Shown here one piece after another: positions 20,155 to 30,300 of a stretch of 64,000 nucleotides of DNA. Position 1 is the stretch's first letter; each line of letters starts with the position of its first letter. Made by a program: the position numbers and the translations under genes. Below the pieces are notes generated by a model, which was given only the letters and a program-made list of their open reading frames with translations, searched no databases and was not told the DNA's origin. The stretch is taken from the NCBI GenBank assembly GCA_000092065.1, contig CP000590.1. One strand, 5' to 3'. The stretch is from Ostreococcus lucimarinus (lineage: Eukaryota).

Positions 20155-22482
20155 TCATCGCTGCTGCACCGAGCATCGCGTCACCTCCGCGCGGAGGCAT
20201 TTGTGAAGCTTCGTCGCGAGCGCTTCGTCGCCACCGCACATATTTTTCAATACTAGCGGCGACATGCGGACGAACTGGCTTCCCGTGAGCGTGGTCGGTA
20301 CCTTGACAGACTGAAACGCCCCTCTCGCCGCGCTCGATAGCCACTGCGTCACTTCTTCGCGGCTCCATTTCACGGGGGCGATAAGACGCTCCGCCGCGAC
20401 CTCGGTGACTTGACCAGTCTTTGCGTCCACGCGAAGCGTCGCGGCGACGTCCTCTTTTTCTTCGGCGTATCCCTCGCTGTCTTCGTTGCCCCCGATGGCG
20501 TTGATCGTTTTCAAAGTCGCGAGAGAGTGCTCGGTGTCGATAGACGCCGGTGACATGGTGCCGATGACGGCGACGCCAGCGTCTTCGCGCACGAAGCACT
20601 CCGCCAGGACGCGAGTGAGCGGGCTGTTCCGGTACGGCACGTGCACGTTTGAGTTTCTAGCGCCCGAAAATTTCAGTCGTCGGAAGCGCACGCACTCTTT
20701 CAGCGCGTACAAGCTCGCATTAATTTCCGCCGTTTCCTTTCGCTGCTTCTCGTTGTGATGCGTATTGTCCTCTTTGCGTTCGCTTCCTGCACAATCCACC
20801 AACGTCAGACGACCCATCGATCCATCGGACAAAGTAACGGTGAGACGCATGACTGCGTGCGATCGAGACGACGACGCGTTACACTGCGTCGCACTCGTTT
20901 GTCGACGAGATTTGCCCTCGTCGATGACCTTTTTCAAGTCGCTCGCGCTCGTCACGACGGGTTCCTTCGCGCCCATGAGTTCGACTTCCATCTGCCCCGT
21001 GAGCGCGTCGCCCTGCTCTTCGAACAATTCTTTCAGTCGAATCTCCACTCGACCAGGTTGCAGCAAGTCCACGCACGCCTTACCGGCGATTTCGAAATAC
21101 GACACCTTGATGGATTTCGCCCCCGCCGCGGCGCCGTCGCCGACGAATAGCGCCTCGATGGCGTGTTTCTCAATGTTCTCCATCGTGTGCGTCTTCCCGC
21201 TTCCCGTTTGGCCGTACATGAATAAAGCGCCGACGCCACCTTTAAGCGTACCCGCCACGAGAGGCGCCGCGCTGCGATCGTACACATCGTGCTCTTGCGC
21301 GTCTTCGTCAAAGACGCCGCCCGAAAGCGTGTACGCGCAGTGCTTGACAAACATCCTCTTCAAATCGGCGTGCATCTGGCAGTTGTGCACGACAGCGGTT
21401 GATCCACTCTTCACGCTCACGACGTCGTACTCGCCGCGCTTCTTCTCGGGATCGAAAAGTGGACGCTTTCGCGCGTACACGTTAATCGCTCCGGGCGCGC
21501 TCGTCTCGGCGCCCGTCTCGGCGTCCGACGAATTCGTGAGATTCTTGTCACGCCAACGCTTCACCGACGCCGCGAAAGGGACTCGATTCATTCGCCTGCT
21601 CTCGCGCTTATCGAACATTTGACGATGCACCTTGTCTTCGCTCATGCCAGTCGGCCGCTTTTTCGCCGCCGGCGCGCCCGTCGGTCTCGTCGAGGATGGT
21701 TCGCTCACGCCGCCGACGGGGCGCGCCGCCGTGGACGGTTTACCAGGCGCGCTCACTCGCCCAACCGGTCGCGTCGTCGTCGACGTCACCTTGCGCTCGC
21801 GCGGTCGAGTCTTCTCCTTGGACGCGTCGCTCGTCGCTCGATTCGTCGCGAGCGGCGATCGCGACCGCTTCCCCTCTGGCTTTTTCGCGTTCGGCGGCGA
21901 CCACTCCGCCTTGTACGGTTTCGGCGCCGATTTCTTCGCCGGTTCCGGCGCCTTCGTCACCGCGCGCGGTTTTTCCTCTTCCTCCTCTTTCGCCGGCTTC
22001 TCCGCGGACGCCGTCTTCGTCTCCGCGGGCGGCTTCTCCGGCTTGGTCGGCGACTTTTGCGGCGTCGCCGTCGGCACCTTCTTCCGCTCCGGTTCCGGCG
22101 CGAGTTCGACGTCACCGCTCAACTCCAACGCCGTTCCATCGGGCACCACCTTCGAGTGCACCGTCGTCGTCTTCGCTCGCGCGTCCTCCTCCGCGCACGC
22201 TCGCTCCGCGCGCGCGTCCGCCTCCGCGCGTTCCCTCGCCAACTCCCGCTCCACCTCCTCGCGAATCTTCGCCGCCAGCGCCTCCGCCTCCCTCTTCGCC
22301 GCGCGTTCGTTCTCTTCGCGCTTCGCCCTGTCCGTCTTCGCTCGCAACCGCGCCTCTTCCCGCGCCTTCGCCTCGCGTCTCGCGACGCGCGCGTCCTCGT
22401 CGTCCGCGGTCGCGCGTCGCGCCTTGGCCCGCGCGATGGCTTCTTTTCGTTTCGCCGCCCACGCCGCCGCCGCGCTCGACGC
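20155..22482 (-). CDS. Kinesin-13-like motor protein with a C-terminal SAM domain (main exon; a 5' micro-exon is probably spliced on)
   Basis: The motor domain has FMYGQTGSGKTHTM (P-loop), SSRSHAV (switch I), LVDCAGSER (switch II) and the kinesin-13 LKECVRFRRL motif. The C-terminal VKWSREEVTQWLSSAARGAFQSVKVPTTLTGSQFVRMSPLVLKNM is SAM-like. The K/P/E/A-rich N-terminal domain is open to 22482, but the first in-frame ATG is at 21645 and the track start at 22347 is a TTG. See the finding for the proposed 5' exon. Confidence 0.65.
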   Translation of the reverse strand, partial: ASSAAAAWAAKRKEAIARAKARRATADDEDARVARREAKAREEARLRAKTDRAKREENERAAKREAEALAAKIREEVERELARERAEADARAERACAEEDARAKTTTVHSKVVPDGTALELSGDVELAPEPERKKVPTATPQKSPTKPEKPPAETKTASAEKPAKEEEEEKPRAVTKAPEPAKKSAPKPYKAEWSPPNAKKPEGKRSRSPLATNRATSDASKEKTRPRERKVTSTTTRPVGRVSAPGKPSTAARPVGGVSEPSSTRPTGAPAAKKRPTGMSEDKVHRQMFDKRESRRMNRVPFAASVKRWRDKNLTNSSDAETGAETSAPGAINVYARKRPLFDPEKKRGEYDVVSVKSGSTAVVHNCQMHADLKRMFVKHCAYTLSGGVFDEDAQEHDVYDRSAAPLVAGTLKGGVGALFMYGQTGSGKTHTMENIEKHAIEALFVGDGAAAGAKSIKVSYFEIAGKACVDLLQPGRVEIRLKELFEEQGDALTGQMEVELMGAKEPVVTSASDLKKVIDEGKSRRQTSATQCNASSSRSHAVMRLTVTLSDGSMGRLTLVDCAGSERKEDNTHHNEKQRKETAEINASLYALKECVRFRRLKFSGARNSNVHVPYRNSPLTRVLAECFVREDAGVAVIGTMSPASIDTEHSLATLKTINAIGGNEDSEGYAEEKEDVAATLRVDAKTGQVTEVAAERLIAPVKWSREEVTQWLSSAARGAFQSVKVPTTLTGSQFVRMSPLVLKNMCGGDEALATKLHKCLRAEVTRCSVQQR

Positions 22483-22758
22483 CTATCGTTGCCCGCGCGC
22501 GACGAACGCGCCTTCGTCAGTCCATCGTCGCGTTCGTTCGCGCGATCGTCGTCGTCGATTCGTTCGTTCGTTCGTGCGTCATCGCCAGGGGAACAAAGAC
22601 GCGCGACGGCGCGATGGTCGACGCGTCGGTCGACGCCCATCGCGACGCGCGACGCCCATCGCGCTCGAGCGCTCGCACGCGGTTACGTTCGCGTCGCGTC
22701 GACGCGCGCACCTTCGCCGCGTCCATCGCGGCGTCGTCGACTGCGGACGCCGGCGGAC

Positions 22759-22780
22759 GATCGATCGATCGATCGATCGA
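22759..22780. repeat. (GATC)5 microsatellite
   Basis: gatcgatcgatcgatcgatcgatt in the kinesin 5' region. Confidence 0.8.
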
Positions 22781-23019
22781 TTCGAACGTCGAAGAACCCG
22801 TAACCGTGCGCGTTCATCGCATGCGCGCGCGACCGCGTCGTCGAGTCGCGCTCGAGCGCGTAACGGTCGATAACCGCGACCGACACGTCCGGTTTCTATT
22901 TTTGAACCGTCGCGCGCCGTCGTCGCGAACGCGCGCGTCGCGGTCGACGACGACGCGGCGTCGCGACGACTCGAATCGTCGCGACGACGACGCGCGTGGG
23001 CGTCGCGACCGACGCGGAT

Positions 23020-23039
23020 GATTGATTGATTGATTGATT
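23020..23039. repeat. (GATT)5 microsatellite followed by a tgcatgaa x2 direct repeat
   Basis: gattgattgattgattgatt, then ...gatgcatgaatgcatgaatg. This overlaps the first annotated ATG of the esterase gene. Confidence 0.8.
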
Positions 23040-23049
23040 CAATGATGCG

Positions 23050-24060
23050 ATGCATGAATGCATGAATGCGCGGCCGTCGCGGCATCGCGCGACGCGCGCA
23101 AAAACGCGAATGCGCGCGGTCGCGACGCGCGCGCGCGACGCCGCGCGCGCGGTGACGCGTTCCAGCGCGTCGACGCGAGACGCGACGGGCGCGCGACCGA
23201 AGCGGATGGGATTCGACGCGCGCGCGTCGACGCGTGACGACGCGACGAGCGACGCGCGCGACGTCGAGCGAGTCGTGCGCAGGGTGAATCGAAGGATATC
23301 GAGCGCGGTGGGGGCGTTCGGGAGCGACGCGACGGGGCCGAGGGACGTCGAGGGGGAGGGGGGACGACGGGGCGCGACGCGCGAGGCGACGCGCGACGCG
23401 GGCGCGGCGCGGTTGTTGGTGTGGTTTCACGGGTACGGCGACGTCGACGGGGGGGCGTGGCGAGAGTTTTGTGAGGTCGTGGCGAGGGCGCGCGGGAGCG
23501 CGAGCGGGCGGACGGCGATCGCGACGCCGGACGCGATGCGGATGGACGCGGGGAACGGGCGGTTTCCGCGCGCGTGGTTCAAGCCGCGACTGCGCGTGCG
23601 AAGGAAAGACGAGCGCGAGTGGACGTGCGATGGGATCGAGGACGCGGTGGTGCGCGCGGTGACGATCGTGGACGATGCGGTGCGAAAGTACGGGATTCAG
23701 CGCAAAGACGTCGTCTTGGGCGGGTTCTCGCAGGGGGCGTGCTTGGCGTTGGCGTGCGCGAAGAGCGAGTTGAGCGACGTCGGCGGCGTGCTCGCGGTGC
23801 GCGGGTACCTGCCGAATCGCTCGAGAGAGTTCTCAGAACTGAAGCCCGACACTTTAATACTAGCGGGTGGGGCCGATCCTTTGGTGCCCGTGGAGTGGTC
23901 GTTGGAGGCGGGGCGGTTGACGGGGGGGATGGTGACGCTGCGCGAAAACATGGGGCACGAGTTGTGCGTCGAGGACGTCTATCGCGCGCGACGGTGGTTC
24001 CACGAACGCGCGGTCGCGAACGGTAATTGTATCGCGAATCACACCAGACTAGAGGCTTAG
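23050..24060 (+). CDS. Phospholipase/carboxylesterase-family alpha/beta hydrolase (acyl-protein thioesterase-like)
   Basis: LLVWFHGYGD...VVLGGFSQGACLALAC (GxSxG nucleophile elbow) ...LILAGGADPLVP...MGHELC (Asp and His of the triad region). The start is uncertain: ATG at 23050 sits inside a short repeat, and ATG at 23110 (MRAVATRARDAARAV...) would give a transit-like N-terminus. Confidence 0.55.
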   Translation: MHECMNARPSRHRATRAKTRMRAVATRARDAARAVTRSSASTRDATGARPKRMGFDARASTRDDATSDARDVERVVRRVNRRISSAVGAFGSDATGPRDVEGEGGRRGATREATRDAGAARLLVWFHGYGDVDGGAWREFCEVVARARGSASGRTAIATPDAMRMDAGNGRFPRAWFKPRLRVRRKDEREWTCDGIEDAVVRAVTIVDDAVRKYGIQRKDVVLGGFSQGACLALACAKSELSDVGGVLAVRGYLPNRSREFSELKPDTLILAGGADPLVPVEWSLEAGRLTGGMVTLRENMGHELCVEDVYRARRWFHERAVANGNCIANHTRLEA

Positions 24061-24066
24061 CGTAGT

Positions 24067-24071
24067 TGTAA
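24067..24071 (+). promoter_or_regulatory. Putative TGTAA poly(A) signal of the esterase gene
   Basis: TGTAA is 10 nt after the stop. The convergent minus-strand gene ends ...ATGTAA with the TGTAA overlapping its stop. Confidence 0.35.
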
Positions 24072-24097
24072 CGCGACGCGTTTGCGCTTCTCGGACG

Positions 24098-25117
24098 TTA
24101 CATAAATCGAGGCTTTTTCGTTTTGCTCGCGAGCTTGGCGCGAATGCTCGAGACGTCCACCTTGGGCGCGGACGACTTCTTGGGCTCCGCACCGCGCGCC
24201 GCGAACGCGGCGCGCGCGTTTTCATCGCTCATATCTAAATGAATCGTCTCGTCGTACGTCGGCATTTCGTTGAGCATGTCCTTGGACACGTAATTCTCCT
24301 CCGCCGCGCGCGTCGCCGCCGCACCGGAGCCGTAGTGCACGCCGGTGAAGGAGACGTGTCCGCCGCCTTGAATTTTCCCTTCCGCGCGTAGTTCCTCCAC
24401 TTTCCTCCGCACCGCGAGCGTCAAGTACTCCTTTCTCGTGTCTTTGTGACTCAACAAATCGAGCACGTTTTTCACCGCGCGCTGCGCCGCGGGCGCCTTC
24501 GCGTGCGCGTTCCTCGATTTATCCAAACGTAAACTCAACAGTTTGCATCGCATCGCGATTTCGTTTGTTTTCACCGCCTCGTGTCCGCTCCATTCAACCT
24601 TACCGAGCGAATCGATGGGCACCTCGCGCAACTTTAACAAACGCAAAAAATCCTTGTCCCGGTGCGCCGCGAGTATGTCTTCAATCTCCTTCGCCGTCGC
24701 CACGCCCAGGCGCGCGTTCACGTCCTCCGTCACCGCATCATCTAACGTCAGTTTCGGCGCGTAGTCCTCCACCTTGGCGCCTCCCATGCGCACCGCGCCG
24801 CCCGTGACGCGTCCCGAGCCGCCGGCGCCGTCCCCGTCCAGTCCTTGTCGCGCCCGCGAACTCGCCATCGACGCCTTCACCGCCTCCGCCAAGTCATCGC
24901 CCGACGGTGCTCGCTTCTTTTCACCCGCCAGCGCGCGTTTCAGCGCTTCGCGGAACGTCGCCGCGTCGTCGTCGCGCACGCCGACGTCTTCGAGCAGCGC
25001 GTCCAAGTCTCTCTCGTAACGCAAATCGTCGACGGTATCGACGCCTTGCTCGACGAAACGCGCGGCGTAGTGCTCGTCGAGACCGGCGTCGACGATGAAG
25101 TCGCGCACGGCGACCAT
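24098..25117 (-). CDS. Conserved hypothetical protein (N-terminal SAM-like helical module; K-rich C-terminus)
   Basis: ATG at 25117 (MVAVRDFIVDAGLDEHYAARFVEQGVDTVDDLRYERDLDALLEDVGV...). I did not recognise a family. It is real-looking in composition, with a clean TGTAA-containing stop. Confidence 0.4.
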   Translation of the reverse strand: MVAVRDFIVDAGLDEHYAARFVEQGVDTVDDLRYERDLDALLEDVGVRDDDAATFREALKRALAGEKKRAPSGDDLAEAVKASMASSRARQGLDGDGAGGSGRVTGGAVRMGGAKVEDYAPKLTLDDAVTEDVNARLGVATAKEIEDILAAHRDKDFLRLLKLREVPIDSLGKVEWSGHEAVKTNEIAMRCKLLSLRLDKSRNAHAKAPAAQRAVKNVLDLLSHKDTRKEYLTLAVRRKVEELRAEGKIQGGGHVSFTGVHYGSGAAATRAAEENYVSKDMLNEMPTYDETIHLDMSDENARAAFAARGAEPKKSSAPKVDVSSIRAKLASKTKKPRFM

Positions 25118-25197
25118 GGCGTCGGTCGGGCGCGAGCGGAGGCTGATTGTGAGGGCGGCGCGAGCGCGGGCGCGACGACGCGAGCTACAACGCAAAG

Positions 25198-26298
25198 CTA
25201 GGCCAACGCCGCTCGTAAGCGGTCGATGCGGGTGCGATAATAGTTCCCGCGCAAAGGGTCGAGTGTGGCTAAGTTTCTAAACATCGACTCCGCGCTCGCG
25301 GCGCGACCGATGTCGGCGTCGCGAACGGCTTCGGCGGCGACGCGGTCGGCGAGCAGGAGCGCGGCGTGACGCGACGGCACGCGCGACGGCGCGGGCGCCG
25401 CGGCGGTTCGCGCGGCGTCGATCGCGAGCGCGACGACGCGGTTCGCGACGTCGCGCGGTATCGCGCTCCCATCTCGCTCCGCGATCGCGCACAGACCGCG
25501 AAGATAATTCCACGCGCTCTCGTTGTCGTCGTCGACGCGCGGCGCCGTCGTCGCGAACGCCGCCTCCCGCTCCAACACCCCCACGTCTCCTCGCTCCAAG
25601 CACACCATCACGCACTGAAACCGCGCGTTCCAAGCGCTGTTATTCATCCAATCTTCCGCCAGCATCTCCTCCGTGAACGCCATCTCTTCCTCCCACGCGT
25701 CGCATCGCTCGACGAGCCACGCGCGATGCGACCACGCGTGTATGTTCTTCCCATCCAGCATCAGCGCCGCGTTCGCGTGCGCGAACGCCCCGTCTCGTAA
25801 TCCTTCAAACGCACCCGCGGCATCCGCGCGTTCGAGCACCATTCTCGCGTGATTCCACACTTGATAATTCTTTGGATTTTTCGTCGTCTGCGCCTCGGCG
25901 AACGCGAGCTCGTCGCGCAGCGTCGCCGTCCCCGCCTCCGCCTCGCGCGCGTCGACCGCGTCCTCGACGCACCGCATGCGAAACGCCCACGCGGTGTAGT
26001 GCGCGCCGCACGTCTCGAGCACGCGCGCCGCGGCTTCCGCGCCGTCCTCGGGCGTCCACTCGCGCGCCGTCGTCCCGCCGTCGTCGCCTTCGAGCGCCGC
26101 GCGCGCGCGACGCGCCATCGCGCGCTCGAGCGCGCCGACGGCGTCCTCGTACGCGTCCTCGTACGCCGGTCGCGCGACGTCGCGCGCGCCGTCGCCGTCG
26201 CCGTCGCGGCGCATCCGTCGCGCTCTGCCGCAATCCGCGACGCCGTCGCCGCGCGCGCCGCCGCGCCGCGCTCGAGCGCGCGCCGCGATGGACGACAT
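25198..26298 (-). CDS. Protein farnesyltransferase/geranylgeranyltransferase type-I alpha subunit
   Basis: ATG at 26298 (MSSIAARARA...). It carries PFTA repeats: KNPKNYQVWNHARMV, DGKNIHAWSHRAWLV, DWMNNSAWNARFQCV and ESAWNYLRGL. The track ORF extends 840 nt further upstream, but that part is low-complexity and overlaps the RING gene. Confidence 0.65.
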   Translation of the reverse strand: MSSIAARARARRGGARGDGVADCGRARRMRRDGDGDGARDVARPAYEDAYEDAVGALERAMARRARAALEGDDGGTTAREWTPEDGAEAAARVLETCGAHYTAWAFRMRCVEDAVDAREAEAGTATLRDELAFAEAQTTKNPKNYQVWNHARMVLERADAAGAFEGLRDGAFAHANAALMLDGKNIHAWSHRAWLVERCDAWEEEMAFTEEMLAEDWMNNSAWNARFQCVMVCLERGDVGVLEREAAFATTAPRVDDDNESAWNYLRGLCAIAERDGSAIPRDVANRVVALAIDAARTAAAPAPSRVPSRHAALLLADRVAAEAVRDADIGRAASAESMFRNLATLDPLRGNYYRTRIDRLRAALA

Positions 26299-26667
26299 CG
26301 AGAACGACCGCTCGCTGAGCAACTCCGGGCGCTCGACGCCCGTGCACCGCGAGCGCAAGCTCGCGGAACCGTCGACGACGGCGCAACCGCCGACGACCGA
26401 TCCGTCGCGCACGCTGCGACTGTTCGAACAGCAGAGCGTCGATCGACGACGACGGGCGCTGGGAGAGACGGTGCGCGATGCGAGCGTCGATCGCGCGCGC
26501 GCGACGGGCGAACGGGCGCGAGCGACGCGAACGAGACGGCGATTCGAGCGATTCCGGCGCAACCGTTTCTCGAGCGAAGTCTTTCCCCTCGGGACGCGCG
26601 ACGAGACGCGAGGGACGCTGGCGTCGTGGTCGAGCGCCGAGACTGACGATGCGCGTTCACGCGCGCG

Positions 26668-27216
26668 ATGAAGGATGATTCGGCGTCGTTGGCGCGGTTG
26701 TTGCAGGAGCAAGAGCGCGCGTACTTCATGATGCGCTTCGACGGGAACGCGCGAGGCGAGACGGCGTTCGCGGACGAGGACGCGGCGTTCGAGGAGGAGG
26801 AAGAGGATGAATCGTTGGCGCTCGCGAGGCAACTGCAGGAACAGGAGGAACAAGAGTATAGGAATCGGATGTTGGCCATGGCTGGGATCGATCCCGATGC
26901 GGAGGAGGATTCTGAGGCGGAGGGGATCGATACGGACGCGATGACGTACGAGGAGTTGTGCGAGCTCGGGGACGTCGTGGGGAAGGTGACGTGTGGGCTC
27001 ACCGATGCGCAAATCGCGTCGTTGCCGCAAAGGACGATCGATGCGAGCGTGGCGGGGACGAAGTGTGCGGTGTGTTGCATGGAATTCGACGCCGGTGAGG
27101 ACGCGTGCGAGTTGCCGAGGTGCGGGCACGTGTATCACGGTGAGTGCGTCGAGCCGTGGTTGAAGGAGAACAAGTCGTGTCCGACGTGCAAGACGGAGGT
27201 GTTCGAAGAGACTTAG
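26668..27216 (+). CDS. RING-H2 E3 ubiquitin ligase with two N-terminal UIM-like motifs
   Basis: ATG at 26668 (the overlapping ATGA is shared with the stop of the upstream ORF). SLARLLQEQERAY and SLALARQLQEQEEQEY are UIM-like. The C-terminal RING-H2 is CAVCCMEFDAGEDACELPRCGHVYHGECVEPWLKENKSCPTC. Confidence 0.6.
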   Translation: MKDDSASLARLLQEQERAYFMMRFDGNARGETAFADEDAAFEEEEEDESLALARQLQEQEEQEYRNRMLAMAGIDPDAEEDSEAEGIDTDAMTYEELCELGDVVGKVTCGLTDAQIASLPQRTIDASVAGTKCAVCCMEFDAGEDACELPRCGHVYHGECVEPWLKENKSCPTCKTEVFEET

Positions 27217-27350
27217 TCAAATTCTACTGTACTACCATTTTTACGCCTTAATTCCTTCCATGGACGATTTTTCGCGTAGCGCGGCGTTGCAATGAAGATC
27301 TACGCGTCTCGTTTCTCTCTGGCATCGTTTCTCTCTGGTATCGTTTCATC

Positions 27351-30300
27351 TCACGCTGTCGCGGGATTCACAACCAGCGAAGCGGTTTCTTTCGGGTCCC
27401 ACGCCATCGCGCCCTTCGCCTTCAAGCCCACGAATCCGAGAGGGATGTCACTCGGCATACCGTCCACGTCGAGCGCGGCCGCGCACTTCTTCGCGCTCGC
27501 GCCGATCAACTGCACGCGAAGCTCGTCGCCGGCGTGATCGCAGAGCGTCACGAACAACATGTCAAACTTCTTCCCAGTCTTTGGATTCTCTTTCACAGCC
27601 ACTCCGTTCGCGGGCTCGCGCTTGATGAGTTGCCCGATGACGTTTATCGACGTCCCCGGCGGCTTGCTTGCGATCGAGGCAAACGCGCACGGTTCCGCCG
27701 CCCCTGCGGGCCACGCCGCTTGGGGAATTTCCAAACGCTTCGCGGCGGGCGTCGGCGGCGCCGACAACGGTACGGTGTTCTCTTTTGAACTGTGCTGAAT
27801 GAGCCCGACGCCCGCCCAAAGATCGTTCACGTGAGAAACGAGCGCGCGTCTGGCGTGCGATTCTTTCCTCTTCATGGCCGCTTTGATGGGCGACAAGACG
27901 TGCGTCTTTACGAGCCGCGTCGCCGCGGGTGTCGAAATCGCGAAGGCTGATATAAACTTGAGCGCGGCCACAGCCGTGGCCGTCGGCGACGCTTGCTCGA
28001 CGTCAGTTTCTCGCGCATCGGCCAAAGTTTCCACCGGTGGCTTGAACGAGCGGTAAACTTCCTCCAAAGCGTGCGTCGTCGCAGACGGCGTCGCGCCCAA
28101 CACGCCTCGCAGCCGGCGACCGGCGGCGTTGCGATCCATCTCGCTGAGTGGCATGAAGCCCTTGCTTTGCTCTGCGCCACCGAGCGCGTATGCGATTTCA
28201 CCGATCGCCGCTCGCATTATCGCGATGAAGAAGACGTTTTCGGGCTCCGTAGATGCCACCACATCGCCGTCGACGCGCGCCGTGAGATCTGGATGGTGCG
28301 TCACTGCGTCGATGAGTAAGCGATAGAGCGCTGCACGAATACTCGTATCCGATGTTGAAATCGGTGGCGGTGCCGCACTTTTACCGATGGCGACCGCAGG
28401 TGGCTGAAGCGCGTCCAAAATCGACGGCATAAGCGCTCGCAGCCACGTGGCTTCAGAACTCTTCTTCGTCAAAAGCGCGAGCGCGAGCGCCCATCCCTTC
28501 GCGGCTTGCGTGCCAGCTTTGCTCGACGCCGTGTATCTCGCGCGCTCTATCGATCGTTTTGCGCACGAGGTGATGACGAACTCGCGAAGCGCGACGACCT
28601 TTTCGCTGGCAATTCCTAAACTCACGTGCAAAGAATCGGTGGCGTCGAGCGCCGCCCAAATGGCGCCGATGGCGTCGTCGGCATCCGTCGCTCGCGGTCG
28701 TTCCATCGTCTCGTGCAATATCGCGACAAGCGTCGTCAGCATTGTGACGTCGCGGGGATCAAACTTCAAGGCGACCGTCAGCATAGCGTGCGCCAATGTT
28801 TCAGCGCGAGCTTCCGATTGACGCCCACCTCTCGTCGAGCTCAACTCCACCGTCTTGCAAAGCATGGGCACGAGTTTTGGCGGCGGTGGCGCCAAGAAAG
28901 CGTCCGACAGATGAGACACCGCCGTCGTGAGAATCAAAGCACTCGCACCCATGAATGCACTTTCACTGTGCTTTCCCCGAACTTCGGCTTCGCGACACGG
29001 GAGCGCATCCCAGAAGGCGTTCGACGCGGCGACGGCTGATACTCGAACCTTGGGCGAAACCGCCGTCGTCGCCGCCTGGTGCAGCACTTCCGCCACCCAA
29101 CGCGCGCGCTTGTGTAACGATGCGTTGTCCGACTTGTCGCACCCTTCCAGCTTTTCGCTCGCAGGGAAAGCGGGGAACAAAATGGGATGTCGTTTCGCGG
29201 CTCTGGTGATTCTCGCGCGGGCTCGACTGATGCCGGTCGCGCCAGATTCCCCGGCGGCGGGATCCATCGTCGCAAGGACCCACAACTTTAGAAGTGGGGC
29301 ACCGATACCGCCGTAATAAATCGGCGTGACGTCGAGTAATCGTGAATAAAGTCGATACGCGAACGCTCGATACGGCGCGCCTGCCAACCGCCAAAAAGTT
29401 GCCGGCGTGTGCGGAGCCACGACGGCTGTCTCCGCTTGGCTCCACGTCCAAACGCCAGACCGAAGCAGCAGGGCGATGAGCCGAGCCGAGCCTTCGATAG
29501 CCGCTCGCGTGACTCCAGAACCACCAACAGTTGTCACTGGCGAGTTCGAGCGCGCCGGGAAATCTAGAGCGAGTAAATTCGAAAGCGCCGGCCATATGTG
29601 TTCGCTCGCATTCTTAGCCAAAGCCAACGTCTCGGGTGATTTTGGATCTCCCCAATCACGCGTGGCCGCGGTGACGGCGGCGGCGATCAAACGTAGCGCT
29701 TGCTTCCTCAATTTAACTTTGAACGGATAGCTCGGGTCGAGAAACGCAGCGAGCGTCGGGCAGAAGAGCTCTTCGCGGCCCGCCAAAGGTGGTCCTCGCA
29801 CAGATCGACGAAGCGCAGCCATGGATGCGTACAGCAAAACGTGCGCCGCTTCGAGTCTTTCCAGCAAAAGCAGGGCGACTTGGTCTTCTTTAGTCGTCTG
29901 ATTTTCGCCCTCGGCATCGACAGCTGCAAGTTCGTGGATCGATGCTTGAATATACGTCGGTAATTCCGGTGGCGTTTCGCCCGACTTGGCTTGTATGTAT
30001 TCGCGAATCATGCAATACTCCTGACCGAGCTCAGCCAAGAGCGTGAGCAACTGAATGAGCGACTCGCCGACGTGGACACCCTGATACGCCGCGTGATCAC
30101 TACAGCGCAGTAGCGCCCTGAGCACGACGGCGCGCGCAGTACTTTGATGCGCGCGAAACGTTTCTGGATCTGCGAGCGTCTCTCGCGCGTCGGAAATTAT
30201 TTGTAAACCTGCGGGCGTCCTCGGCGCAACGCGAGCGATGCGCACGACGAGGGCGCAAAACGCTCGCAGCTCGCTCTCGTCGACCACAATACCAGAGTCT

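Noticed and set aside
21619-23021. Three overlapping plus-strand ORFs (394, 413 and 441 aa)
   Set aside because: They are R/S/P/A-rich and antisense to the kinesin motor exon and its 5' region. The kinesin is strongly supported by motifs.
25761-27080. 439-aa minus-strand ORF and nested ORFs at 25805..26386 and 25849..26646
   Set aside because: These are alternative frames over the farnesyltransferase alpha gene and the RING gene. They are arginine-rich junk frames.
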